DNA of 64,000 nucleotides. It comes from Squalus acanthias (taxonomy: Eukaryota). The number at the start of each line of letters is the position of its first letter. Position 1 is the stretch's first letter. A program made the position numbers and the translations under genes. Of this stretch, positions 50,818 to 62,645 are shown in pieces. Where the stretch lies: contig CM059427.1 of NCBI GenBank assembly GCA_030390025.1, positions 159,278,001-159,342,000 on the forward strand. Direction: 5' to 3'. The notes beneath the pieces are model-generated. The model had not been told where the DNA came from. It searched no databases and saw only the letters and a list, made by a program, of their open reading frames with translations.

Positions 50818-51876
50818 AATGTATTCTTTATTCCTGGTCGCTATCTTTTGTGTGTCTGTCTCTCTTTATTCCCCCCTTCTCCTCCCCCCCCCCCCCCCAT
50901 CTCATTAGTCTATAAGGTTGTCAAGTGTTTTCTCTTGCTGAAGAGTGAGACAAAGCAAAAAATGATTGTAGAGGCAGAGGTGATGACGAAAGGTATCTAG
51001 ATTTAATAAAGGACTTTCACTGCCATAAATGCTAGAAACAGTCAAGGAATCACGATCCTCAGCGAGGGTGCAATGTTCTGCATAAAACTCCTGCTGAATG
51101 TAGGAGAATTGATAGACCTGAGAAAATGTTTTCACAAGGCATTGACAAGTCAAGATAAACCAGTTTCTGCATTACCGTGGTCTGGTTCATTGGTGTGTGA
51201 AGGTTCACAAACCAGGAACAATTTTAGATTATCTGTCTGAAGTTTGTCATTTTTAATGTAATTTAACCTACATGAATAGCTTACTCTCTGACCTGGTGCC
51301 CCTGGAGCTTTTTTTCGGTCTTGTTCTTGGATCATTCTATTAGCTCTGCTTCTTTGGTATGACTTCAGGTGCATTAGCTGCTATTAGCCTTGTATTCATC
51401 ACTTGCACAGTATTTTTGCTGTGTGGGGAATAGTTTACACTGCAGGCTACCTCTGTCCAAAAAATCACTAATGTGATAAGGCTCTTGTCCACCAAGAATG
51501 CAGGATGATCACTTGGGATTTGAGGTGAAAGCAAATAAGTGTTCTTGAAGGTAAATGTTTTTATGATCTCCTGGTTCCTTTTGATTTCCCTTTTCATTTA
51601 GTTCCCTCCTTGCATCCCTCAAATACACCTAACCTTAATGTATGTGCAGAGTAAATTGCATCTAAAGAGTAGAGAAGATAATCGTATTGAAGGTAACTTA
51701 ATTTTGTAGATATTGAAATGATACTGGTTAAGATCGGAGTTTAAGAGCCGTTTCATAACATTGGGATGCTCTAATGAGACAGCTTACAACAAGTTTTATA
51801 TAAGCACAACCACATTAGCCTCTTCCTGCAAGCATGCATTTTCAAGTCTAATAAATGTTGAATTATACTTTTTCAG

Positions 51877-51972
51877 GGTCATGTGAAAGTTGTGCAGTAC
51901 TTGGTGAAGGAGGTGAACCAATTTCCATCTGATATTGAATGTATGAGATACATAGCAACCATTACAGACAAA
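51877..51972 (+). CDS. ANKHD1: ANKHD1 exon (~23), GHVKVVQYLVKEVNQFPSDIECMRYIATITDK
   Basis: tttcag| acceptor, AAA|gtgagt donor, 96 nt. Confidence 0.96.
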
Positions 51973-52437
51973 GTGAGTACATTCCTACATTGTGTGAGAT
52001 TCATGTGTGCACAAGAACAAAATTTTTCACCTTTTAGGGTTTATCTTCAGTGTGCAAACACTTGGGTTTATTCCTACCTTTCCATCTGTTTTTTAACTGG
52101 AATTTTCAGTAATGGAATCTGTGGTGATCTATAATTGAACCACTTCGAAGGAACAAAAGGGGCTTAACCAGTACCGGTGAGTTGTAGGAAGAATAGACCA
52201 GTTTCAGGAGGCCGGGATTGTTCTGACCCTCAAAGCAGGAGCCAGTGGACATTCATGGAAGCAGGTTAGGGCAGATGTTGAGTGTGAACAATACAGGTGA
52301 GTGAGAAGCAAAGGAAAAAGTAATATAAAGTAGAAGCAAAACAGCAACAGTCAAAATAAATTATAAATAGAAGTGATCTGAGTACAAATAGTAAGTTATC
52401 AATATTATAGCAAAAGTTTTAATTTATGCATGCATTA

Positions 52438-52595
52438 GTATCAGCCGTGGCTCAGTGGATAACACGCTCGCCTCTGAGTCAGAAGATTGTGTATTCGAGT
52501 CCCATTACAACAGTACTTCAGATGTACTTCATTGGCTGTAAAGTGCTTTGCGACATCCTGAGGTTGTGAAAGGCACTATATAAATGCAGTCTTTT
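52438..52595 (+). mobile_element. Internally deleted tRNA-derived SINE (SacSINE1-like head joined directly to L2-type tail)
   Basis: A box tggctcagtgg, B box attcgagtccc, then gtacttcattggctgtaaagtgctttg...aaaggcactatataaatgca. Confidence 0.75.
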
Positions 52596-53169
52596 ATTTT
52601 TAGTAAAAGTATGACAACAGTTTTGCTTTCTGTACTTGGTGCATGTGTACTGGAAATTCAAAGAAGAATTAAAAAGCACAGAAGAGAATCATGGACCTCC
52701 ATGGCAATGTATTAAAGTATCTTCAGACTAAATAATACACCTGAAGAAAAACTTACTTTTTGAAATTTTTAATGATGTTTGGTTAAACAGGATGCATAAT
52801 ACTTGGAGTAAGTGATATCTTGCAAGTAATTTGTTATTGCTCAGATCCACCTTGAGTGTTTTCACTCTCTCTGGGATTTTGAATGCAAAATTGCAGTATT
52901 CTGGCAGCACTATGCAGGGTAAGTAGACATTTACAGGATGGTGATCATGACAAATCATAATTACTTAAGTGCAGTTGTATGGTATAAATATTGTGTAGAT
53001 ATCGGACACAGAACCAGTATACGGAAATAGGAAATGCTTTACTTTTGTTGTATGTAATGTAGAAATGATTAAGTTGTGGATTGGGTTACCACATTACCCA
53101 TGAAATATGGGAATCTTAGAGATATGAACTGTATTAGTTCTATGCTCCTGGTAATTTGTATTTATCTTC

Positions 53170-54390
53170 CATGAAACCTACCTCCTGCTCCCTTGACTCC
53201 ATTCCCACTAAACTGCTAACCACCCAAATTCCTTTCCTGGCCCCCATGCTAGCAGATATTGTAAATAGTTCACTTTCCTGGAGCACTGTACTTTTTTAAA
53301 AGCTGCTGGTTTCACCCCTCCCTCCTCAAAACCCCCCCACCATTGACCCTTTTGTCCTTGCAAACTATTGCACCATCTCCTCCCTCCCTTTCCTCTCCAG
53401 TGTCCTTAAACATGTGGTTGCCTCCCAGATCCATGCCAATCTTTCCTGCAACTCCATTTGAATCACTCTAATCTTACACAGCATCAAAATGGTCATATCC
53501 CAAGTCACACAACATTTTCTGTGACTTCAGTGGCTTCTCTTCGAGCCCCTGCACCATCACCTCTCGAGTCCCCCAAGGATCTATCCTTGGCCCCCTCCTC
53601 TTGCTCATCTACATGCTGCCTCTTGGTGACATCTACACACATGGGTTCAGCTTCCACATGTATGCTGATGATACCCAGCTCTACCTCTCGACTCTCTCTC
53701 TCTCTCTCTGGACCCATTCACTGCTGCTTTGCTGTCAATCTGCTTGTCGGCATCTAGTCTTGGTTAAGCACAATTTTCTCCAGCCAGACACTGGGAAGAC
53801 AAAGCCATCATCTTTCGCTCCTCACTGACCACTGACTCATCCCCCCCCTTCCTAGCCACCGTCTGTTAATGAAATATGCTGTTTGCAACCTCAGTAGGCT
53901 ATTTGACTCAGAACTGAGCAGCTGAACCCATGTCCTGTCCATCAAAAAGACTGCCTACTTCTCTCTCAATGACATAGCCTGCCTTTACCGCTACCTCAGT
54001 CCATCTGCTGTTGAAACCCTCAGAGTTGGTAAATGTAATTTGAACTCTTTGTTCATGCGGAGGTTGAACACTGACATGGACTAGTTTGGCCAAGTGGACT
54101 TGTTTCATGTTGCACCTTTTATATATTTCTATGTATCCAAGTACCGCTCGCTTATCACCCATAAACTTGCTGACCTACATTGGCTTTCAGTCCCCCAATT
54201 AAAATTATCATTCTGCTGTTTAAATCCCTCTGACTTGCTGCCCCCTATCTCTGTAACTTTCTTCCTCTTCTCCTTTAAGCAGCCCCTTAAAATGCATTAA
54301 TTTGACAGTCACCCCTCCAAATATCTCTTCCTTTGGCTCGATATCTGTTGTATTGATTATGTTCCATGTTAAAGGTATATAAGTTGTAGT
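53170..54390 (+). mobile_element. Degraded L2 LINE
   Basis: [32 protein letters not shown]. Confidence 0.8.
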
Positions 54391-54695
54391 AAGTCCTGTT
54401 CAATAATTTTGACATACAGCTGGAACAGACCCAGACTGAGTCATGTCATGGTATAGTGAAGCTTAGTTAACAGTTGTGCTGTCCCTATAAAGAATACTTT
54501 TATATTAACATTTATTTTTCCTAATGTAAATCATTTATGCTTTATGTAATATCCTGTGTGGATTAGTGAACTTTAGAGTTTTCTTTCTCCAAAGTTACTC
54601 TCTTCACTTTCCAACCACCGTACATTTCTACACTTGTCCCACTCCCCTGTCCTAAACAAAATGTTTTTAAAGCTGATTACAATTTGTTGTTCTAG

Positions 54696-54812
54696 GAACT
54701 GCTTAAGAAATGTCACCAGTGCATGGAAACAATAGTTAAAGCAAAGGACCAGCAAGCTGCTGAAGCAAACAAGAATGCAAGCATTCTGCTCAAGGAGCTG
54801 GACTTGGAGAAG
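54696..54812 (+). CDS. ANKHD1: ANKHD1 exon (~24), ELLKKCHQCMETIVKAKDQQAAEANKNASILLKELDLEK
   Basis: tctag| acceptor, AAG|gtggga donor, 117 nt. Confidence 0.95.
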
Positions 54813-54906
54813 GTGGGAGTTCATTCTGAATGATCATTGATAGATATCTAAAAATTACCACATTGTGCTGTTTTTGCGCCCATCTTTTGGGATTGGTCTT
54901 TGTCAT

Positions 54907-55014
54907 TCTTTCAATGTAGCTTCATCTTTCAATGTAGCTTCATCTTTCAATGTAGCTTCATCTTTCAATGTAGCTTCATCTTTCAATGTAGCTTCATCTT
55001 TCAATGTAGCTTCA
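54907..55014. repeat. Minisatellite: 6 perfect copies of the 18-bp unit TCTTTCAATGTAGCTTCA
   Basis: Direct reading; explains the repetitive ORFs at 54865-55103. Confidence 0.97.
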
Positions 55015-55885
55015 TCTTCCACATACAAAGTGCAGTGTCGTTTGCCATTTCTCTGAACAGATGTGCTTGCATCATTACTTTTTAATGTAATATTTGACTT
55101 CATTTGTATTGGTATAGTATCTTTGGCTTTCTCCCATTAAAGGATTGAGGTGCCGGTCCAGATTGATGCCTTGTATCTAATGCGGGGATAATTATTGGCT
55201 TGCAGGGCTACTGCAAAAATGAAATCTTCCAGTAACCTTGCCGTTTTTGATGGTTGTTAGTTCATTTGTATATATGGGAAGAGGCAAACTGTTCAAAGAA
55301 TAAGAATGGCCATATTGAAATGTATATACATGAAGTGTAAGGTGTGGGGAGATGAGGCAGAGAAACAGATAAAGCCATGGTTTTCCATTCTTTTTTCTTA
55401 AGGGAAGGATTTGGTGAAAGTTGATCTGATATGGGGATAATTCATGAAAGGACTTGGTCATAACTGAATAAATATTGATAGATTTTGTTTTTTTAAATGT
55501 TAAAACTTTTTGGACTACTTTTAGATCTAACAAAATTGTCAACATAGTTTTAACTGAGAAACTTCGGCCTAGGTTTTCTGATTCTAGTGTCAATGATAAT
55601 CCATTTAAAGTGAATAGGTTACCTACCATCTGTATTACAATTAGAAAACCTAGGCTATTGCTTTCTCTTCTACTTTCTTTCACACCTTGTTATAGATTTC
55701 CATGCTCTTGTTTTAAGTGAATGTTCGTTTTATAATTGTAACTTGAAACCTTCGTTTTAAAATGGGCATCCTGAAGTAATGGTATTCTGATTTTGCTGCA
55801 CTTAGATTTAAAACAAATGGTAATGAAAGCATGCATGTTTTATTCTTCATGATTGATGCATAAATTAATTCTGTCTTTGTTATAG

Positions 55886-56051
55886 TCAAGGGAAGAAAGC
55901 CGAAAACTAGCTCTTGCAGCAAAAAGGGAAAAAAGAAAGGAAAAAAGAAAGAAGAAGAAAGAAGAACAGAAGCGGAAGCAGGAGGAGGAAGAAGCCAGAG
56001 TTAAGGAGAATTCAGAAAAGCTACAAACTCCAGAAAAAGATAGGTTTGAAG
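55886..56051 (+). CDS. ANKHD1: ANKHD1 exon (~25), basic coiled-coil/NLS SREESRKLALAAKREKRKEKRKKKKEEQKRKQEEEE...DRFE; ends at a GC donor
   Basis: tatag| acceptor. The frame-compatible donor is GAAG|gcaagt (166 nt, phase 0->1). Confidence 0.88.
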
Positions 56052-56153
56052 GCAAGTCATTGATTTTTAATTTTGTGTACTGTAAACGTGGTCATTCTTG
56101 GATTTTTTTTTTTTTAAAGCAATTGAACAAACATGTTTTCTGTTCTTCCACAG

Positions 56154-56604
56154 ATGAAGAAGTTGTGCCTATAGATCCTCCCAGTGCAACTACCACTACC
56201 ACTATTGGTATTTCTGCAACTTCAGCCACCTTTACTAGTGCTTACGGGAAAAAGAGAGCCAATGTTGTAACCACACCAAGTACTAACAGGAAAAACAAGA
56301 AAAACAAAACTAAAGATTCCTCTCCGAGTGTTCAAATAATTCTAGAAGATCAGCATATGTCTATAGCCCAACAGAAGGCAGATAAAAATAAAATAAATGG
56401 GGAACCGAGAGGCGGTGGTGCAGGAGGGAACAGTGATTCTGATAACGTTGACAGTACAGACTGCAATAGTGAGTGCAGTAGTGGTGGTAAAAGCCAAGAG
56501 CTCAACGTAATTGCTGACTTCCACAACTTTAGTGACCAGAAATTATACCCTCCAAGAAATGAAAAGTCTAATACTTCCATCTCAGAGACTCAGAATCATA
56601 CAAG
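56154..56604 (+). CDS. ANKHD1: ANKHD1 exon (~26), DEEVVPIDPPSATTTTTIGISATSATFT...NSDSDNVDSTDCNSE...TQNHT
   Basis: ccacag| acceptor, AG|gtgaga donor, 451 nt; ORF 56060..56608. Confidence 0.94.
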
Positions 56605-56704
56605 GTGAGATTAACATTGTGTGCTGACATTGGTTGTTTTTTAGTAATAATTTTATGTTTCTATTGGCATTTTCTCCTATTTATGATGTGTGCTTATCTT
56701 ATAG

Positions 56705-56860
56705 ACTGCACGAGGGCACCAATGAAACAAATTCCAGCTCGCTATCTACAACTCACAAATCAACTTCGCTGCCATTGTCCTCCCCAAATGGCAAGATGAA
56801 TTTAACCAGTCCAAAGCGAGGTCAAAAGAGGGAAGATGGCTGGAAAGAAGTTGTACGAAG
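56705..56860 (+). CDS. ANKHD1: ANKHD1 exon (~27), LHEGTNETNSSSLSTTHKSTSLPLSSPNGKMNLTSPKRGQKREDGWKEVVR
   Basis: tatag| acceptor, AG|gtaact donor, 156 nt. Confidence 0.95.
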
Positions 56861-58638
56861 GTAACTAAAGAAATTTTATGAATTAGTGTTCTATATTTCA
56901 GTATACTTGTATCGTTCTAATAAAAAAAAAAGAAAATTCATGCTCCCCACTTCCTCTCTCTTTAAAAAAAAAAAAACCAAAATGAACCAAAATCTACTTA
57001 GTTCTTCCTACGTATATGTGCACATTTTTGGTGACAGAATTTGAGGTACTTTTTTGACCATGAAACCAAAGTAAAATTTTCTCCGATTATGTGAACAGAT
57101 GCGACATGTAACCCAGTGGTTTTGAAATCTGCGTGTGCGCGACCCTCTGCCCTAATTTCCCAGAAGAAAACCGTGCTATAATGGCATAAACTGTTTTCTT
57201 GTATAGCAACAGAAACAGTGTGCTAGAAAGTTAACAAAAACAGAAAAATAAATTAATGTGAAATTCTCAAGCCACGGGAAAAGGGTTGGTGTACCAGTAA
57301 TCTGTTGGCCTGCCTTATGGATACAGTATGCTTGGCCCCAGATGGATAGAAATCTGACCTTGTGGGCCACTTTTTGCAAAACTAACCTACGTTGATGCAC
57401 TTGGTTTATTGCCAAGTAATTCTTCCTGCCTTGCTGCTACTTTTTTGTCATCTGCATCTTCATCTATAAGATTCTGTAGTCCGAATGGGAGTTTTAATAA
57501 CTGATGGGAAGGGTTGGAATCTGTCTGGAAATTATTTCTTCCTCCATTATTCTCAATGGCTAAGCAACCTCACTGCTTACATTGAGGTAGGAGAGAGATT
57601 ATTGTTTTTGAAGGCATTAGGGCATCATCCCAACCCTCCTACAACCTGAGAATGAACAAGAAATGGCTCTGTTTGGGAAGGCAGCCATATATTGGGCCCA
57701 AATTATAAGGTACAAGTACTTTAATTTGAGTACTTAGTCCGCTTGACCTTAATAATGCTCCACACAAGGTGGTATACTATATACTGAACAAGGAAGGATT
57801 TCTTTCAAGATCTCCAGGAATGTATTTTTCTTTTAATATACTAGTGGCCCTTTTAAAAGAATATATTTTTAAATGCTTACATATAAAAAGGGAATATTGT
57901 TGCAATGATGTAAAGCTATCTGAAAGGTCAGCAATAAGAATTTCCATTGTTCTTTGAGATGGTAAATTTCATGCAGGTTTACAAAAGTCAGTCTATAAAG
58001 TCTTGACGTATGCTATGCAGTGGAAAAATCCAGCTTGTAACATTGCTGCTTCATCTGGTGGTCTACAATGATTTTATGATGTTTAGTTCAACAAATATTT
58101 AAATCAAAATTGCAACACTTTGTTTTTAGTTTTTCCCTTTGGACACTCTAAATATTCCCTATTCATCGAATGTATGGGTAAAAATATTCTGGTGAGGTTG
58201 GGGGGTGGGGAGGCTATTGTTTCCAAAGTTATGACCATAAGTCTTGTTTACTTTTTGCAAAAACGTATTGAATTTTTGATATCCATAACACCAGGGAAAA
58301 TGCGGTGGTGTTGCAAGGAGCTTCCAACAAGGCATTCACACAGTTAGAATGCAATTTGCAAAAATGCCCTCCCCCAATGCAAGATGGCTCAACCCTAAAA
58401 TACTGCAACAAGACTTTCTTGATTTGCTTGAAAAATCAGTATGTTGCCAAATCAATGTTGTATATAAATGGGGCTGAAATTTACTACTAACAAAATAATC
58501 TGACTTGGTTTCCACTTGGGATTTTTAGAAAATGCTACACAAATACACAAGCAAAGAGAAAAGCTTTGAACATATATTGGATTGCACACTAATCAGATAA
58601 ATAGTTTTGTCTGCTACATAATAGATTTATACCATATA

Positions 58639-58896
58639 CAGTAAACTCTTTCTTATCCGGCACCTACGGGACCAGGATGGTGCCGGTTGATGAAAAATTC
58701 TGGATAACAGAGAGGTATACCTACCAAGGCAATTTTTAACACAAAAATAAAAACCACTGACTAACTCGGCCACCGCGGGGGACTCGGACTCAGCAAAACG
58801 AGTGCTGGATGGATTCGGCAAGATTACCGGTTATCTCTATTGCTGGTTATTAAAGTATTCTGGATGATTAAGTGCCGTTTAAACAAGAGTTTACTG
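58639..58896. mobile_element. Tc1/mariner(pogo)-type MITE related to copies A/B (different internal sequence)
   Basis: TA|CAGTAAACTCTT...AAGAGTTTACTG|TA; shares the subterminal gggaccagg..ggtgccggtt and ctggataac.gagag motifs. Confidence 0.8.
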
Positions 58897-59089
58897 TATT
58901 CAAATGGACTTTGCTTTCATTATGATGGTTAATCCAAAAATCAGCTGCTGCCTTGAGCTGAAATTGAAAGATTGATTAACTAGAAACCAGTGCATGCTGT
59001 GGATGTTTGTTTCACCTTCACTCATAATGTGAGAAACTGCCCTACCAATGGCTTACTAAAGCAATTGCAATGTCTTGAGCCACACACGC

Positions 59090-59345
59090 CAGTACGGTCC
59101 AGCTTCACTCCTTGGTTGTTTGTTAGCTGATCTCGGGCTTGGCATCATTAAAAGTGCCACAAATTGGCCTCAGCTTCCTGGACTTGGGGTTAAAACTGGC
59201 GAGGGCTTCCACTCTGATTATTATCTAGTGGCCTGCCTGGAAAATATTTGTGTGGATATTGTGTAAGACATAATGTAGCTATGATGTCTTCCATATTTGA
59301 ATAATTTGCTGATACTCTTGATTCAGGTTTACATGTGAAGAATGT
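59090..59345 (+). mobile_element. AmnSINE2-like SINE relic
   Basis: ttagctgatctc...aattggcctcagc...tctagtggcctgcctggaaa...tgtgtgga...catgtgaagaatg. Confidence 0.55.
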
Positions 59346-59507
59346 TTGCTTGGGATATGTTGCCAAATGGCTGCAGGTGCCTTTGGCACCATATCCCAGC
59401 ATGTGTTGTCTTTGGGGGTGGGGGGTGGATTTGTGTGTGGAAAATGCAAAATTGAAATAATATATATTGAGAATTTTATGATTTTTATATAGAGTTGCTT
59501 TAACCAG

Positions 59508-59657
59508 GTCAAAGAAATTGTCCGTGCCAGCGTCGGTTGTATCACGGATAATGGGAAGAGGGGGATGCAATATAACTGCCATCCAAGATGTTACTGGTGC
59601 ACACATTGATGTTGACAAGCAAAAAGACAAGAATGGAGAAAGAATGATCACAATAAG
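59508..59657 (+). CDS. ANKHD1: ANKHD1 exon (~28), KH domain core SKKLSVPASVVSRIMGRGGCNITAIQDVTGAHIDVDKQKDKNGERMITI
   Basis: accag| acceptor, AG|gtaact donor, 150 nt; GXXG loop (GRGG). Confidence 0.96.
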
Positions 59658-59899
59658 GTAACTGGACCTTTAATTAAAAGGGGCAAATCATTCAGTTTGT
59701 CCCAGTTGTGAGGCTTTTTGCTTGAGAGGCTAAATGTAGCCTTCCAACTGGAAGAGATCTGCATGGGTGCAACTGATCCATCCTTGACCCATTTTTATTA
59801 CATTGAGTGGATCAACAATATTCCTTGTTCTGGTTGCTGATCCGAGTGCTTCATGCTCATTGTCAAGTGGGACTCTTAAAACATGTCAGATAACGAGAA

Positions 59900-60310
59900 G
59901 CAGGTCATCGGTATTGTAGTTTGTATGGTGTTGGATTAGCAACCCAGATGTCAGGAGTTCACATCCTACCATGGCAAGTTGTGAAACTATATTCAATAAA
60001 CCTGATAATTTGTGCACTGGCACCAGAAAAGATGATTGTAAAAGCTGCGACATTGTTGTAAAAACCTAAATAGTGTCTTTCAGGGAATGGAACCTGCTCT
60101 TGCTAACTGCTTTGGTCCACATGTGACTACTGTCCCTTGCTATATGGTTGACTCTTAATGCAAAATTGAAATAATATATATCTGAATGGCCCAGCAAGCC
60201 ACTCAGCTGTAAAAACAATCACTATCCCACTTCCACCTTCTCAAGGCTACTAGGGATGTGGAATAAATACAGCCTTGCCAGTGTTCTCTAAATCCTGAGA
60301 ACAAATGCAA
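59900..60310 (+). mobile_element. HE1-like elasmobranch SINE (V-SINE family)
   Basis: ggattagcaacccag...gagttcacatcctaccatggca head; tggttgactcttaa...tggcccagcaagccactcag core; ccaccttctcaagg..tagggatg..aataaat..gccttgccag tail. Confidence 0.7.
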
Positions 60311-60699
60311 AAAATCTTTGTGTAAAAGTACTGAAGCTGACTTCAAAATAGACTGAATTAAATATTTATTCCCCTCAGTGTTTTGAGTACTTTTTGTTTT
60401 GCAGTAAAAATCAGAAGCATAGCTTTCAAATTTGTTCCTGCTAAGACACTTGTAGTGTCAATTCTTTCAAGTGTCTCCCCCTTTTCCCTTTTCTTAGTGG
60501 GGTCTTTCTCTTCTCTGAGCCCACTCACACATGGTATTTTAAGTTTGATCTCCAAATTGATCTTTATTTTCTCAATGCTGTAGCTACCAAGCCATCGTTT
60601 ACAATGGTTGTGCATTTTTCTATTTTGTTTAGGAACTAATATTTTCTTTACTCGTATGGTATCAAATCTGAACACAATGGCCTGAAATATATATCTTGC

Positions 60700-61090
60700 A
60701 CAGGAAAGTATTACAAAGTATTTACAGCAGAGAAACCGACCATTCAGCCCAACAGGTCCTTGCCAGTGTTTATGCTCCACACGAGCCTCCTCCCACCCCT
60801 CTTCATCTAATCCCGTCAACATATCCTTTTATTCGTTTCTCCCTCGTGCTTATCTATCTTCCCCTTGAATGCATCTATGCTATTCCCCTTAACTACTCCT
60901 TGTGGTAGCAAGTTCCACGTTCTAACAACTCTCAGTAAAGAAGTTTCTCCTGAATTCCCTATTGGATTTATTAGTGACTATCTTATATTTACGGCACCCA
61001 AGTTCTGGCCTCGGCCACAAGTGGAAACATCTTTTCTACATCTACCCTATCAAACCATTTCATAATCTTGAAGACCTCTCAGGTCTTCAA
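60700..61090 (-). mobile_element. CR1 LINE 3' end
   Basis: Antisense tttgatagggtagatgtagaaaagatgtttccacttgtg, and agagttgttagaacgtggaac (RVVRTWN). A shorter relic of the same tail lies at ~43230-43350. Confidence 0.75.
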
Positions 61091-62645
61091 GAAAGCTGAG
61101 GAAAGTATGGCTGAAAAAGCTCATCGTTTCTGCATACGTAGTTTCAATTAACCGACCATAAATTGTCTAAATATGGGTATTGATTGCATAATTTTCATTC
61201 TCTTCATACAATAGCTAGGTAAAGCTAGCAAATCTGACAGGTTTTCAGATTTGGTCATTTATTGTCATTCTTTGTCTTGTATAACATTCTGAATCTTTTC
61301 CAAGCATTTTCTTGCCATTTTGTGTGCACTTTTGTATGCAGGCACTGATTTGATTTCCCTTGGTCCCTCCCATACTGCAAGAGTAATTATCTGAATATCA
61401 ATTGTTCCCAGTGGTCACTGTCCTTTCCAACGCTCGTAGGATTAAAACAAAAATTCAATGCAAAACTATAATTAATCTTAAACATATACCTATTGCTAGT
61501 GATGCTCAAATCTGATTAAGTGTAGATTTTATGGATATTAAATTCTTATTTTATGTGTATTTAATAAGTGCTCTTCTGAATCTAGTGATTTTTGCTAAGT
61601 GATCAAATGTTCTACATGCATTTGAGCTAGCTGTAAGGTACCTCTGAGCATATTCAGTTAACCTCACAAAATCTTACCCTGAACTTGAATAAAAGGCATG
61701 TCTGACACATATATTCTTTGGGACTTGTCAAAAGGCCAAATTTTTGACACAGCATTTTATTTTGGTCAGCATCTTAAAATTGCTGCACTTAATTTTTTTT
61801 TAAAAAAAGGTCTGTTCACTTCCAAGAGGAGTCCCGTTGGAATGATAACATTTTAGTTGCCCCAAAATTTGCTGGTTTTGACATTCTGGCTGAAGAGCTA
61901 AAAGATGGTGGGAAGGAGCTATAGAGGGAACAGTGGTTGCATGATGGGGTGACTTGGTTTGGTCTTAAAGGAGCAGTAGTCCTGAAACCAGCACTGCCCA
62001 TTCTTCCTTCTCCAAGGGATGGGATTTGCTGACTTTAGACCTAGATTTATGGTATTCGAAGAGAAAACATTAACATTTTTTATTAGTTTACAGGGATTAA
62101 AATTGCTGACTTACTGTAGCAATTGTAGTTTACACAATATATGTTAATTACTTTTAGAACTACTGTATTAAGGCTTCTTAAAATGTTGCTATGTTACCTT
62201 TCTACTGCAGTGATAAAATTGATCCCAAGACACAAGCTAAAATATTAGCATTTTGCAGCAGTTTGATCAAGTACTTGAATTAGTTTCAATCCCTGACTTG
62301 ATAAAATAATCAAGATTTGTTGATCACAAAAATATTGCATCTTTGTTGTTGTATTGTGTCTCTTTCTCAGTAATGCTGTCAACAGCATACTGAATAAATC
62401 CAAGATCAGTCTAATTGGCTGTGCAGTTTAAGGCACATTGTTTATTAGGTTATTGATAATACTAGTCTTATGTAGGACAGAATCTGAAATGTCTGTACTG
62501 TCTGGTTTGATGAATAGTCAATTCTACATAACCAGTGAATTGAGCAGATTTTCTGAACCCTATGATTTTAGCTGCAAGTCCAAATCAACAGGAATCTAAA
62601 CAAAAATGTGTGTCTCATGGTGAAACTTTACATTTATCTTTACAG

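Noticed and set aside
52438-52505. tRNA gene
   Set aside because: A and B boxes are present but there is no complete cloverleaf, and it is followed by a LINE-derived tail, so it is a SINE head.
54865-55103. Repetitive ORFs (FNVASS)n, (FIFQCS)n, (DEATLK)n
   Set aside because: Translations of an 18-bp intronic minisatellite with no splice or coding support.
59495-59507. U12-type branch-like ctttaac before the KH exon
   Set aside because: Too close to the AG, and the intron donor is gtaact, not (G/A)TATCCT. No U12 donor was found at any intron.
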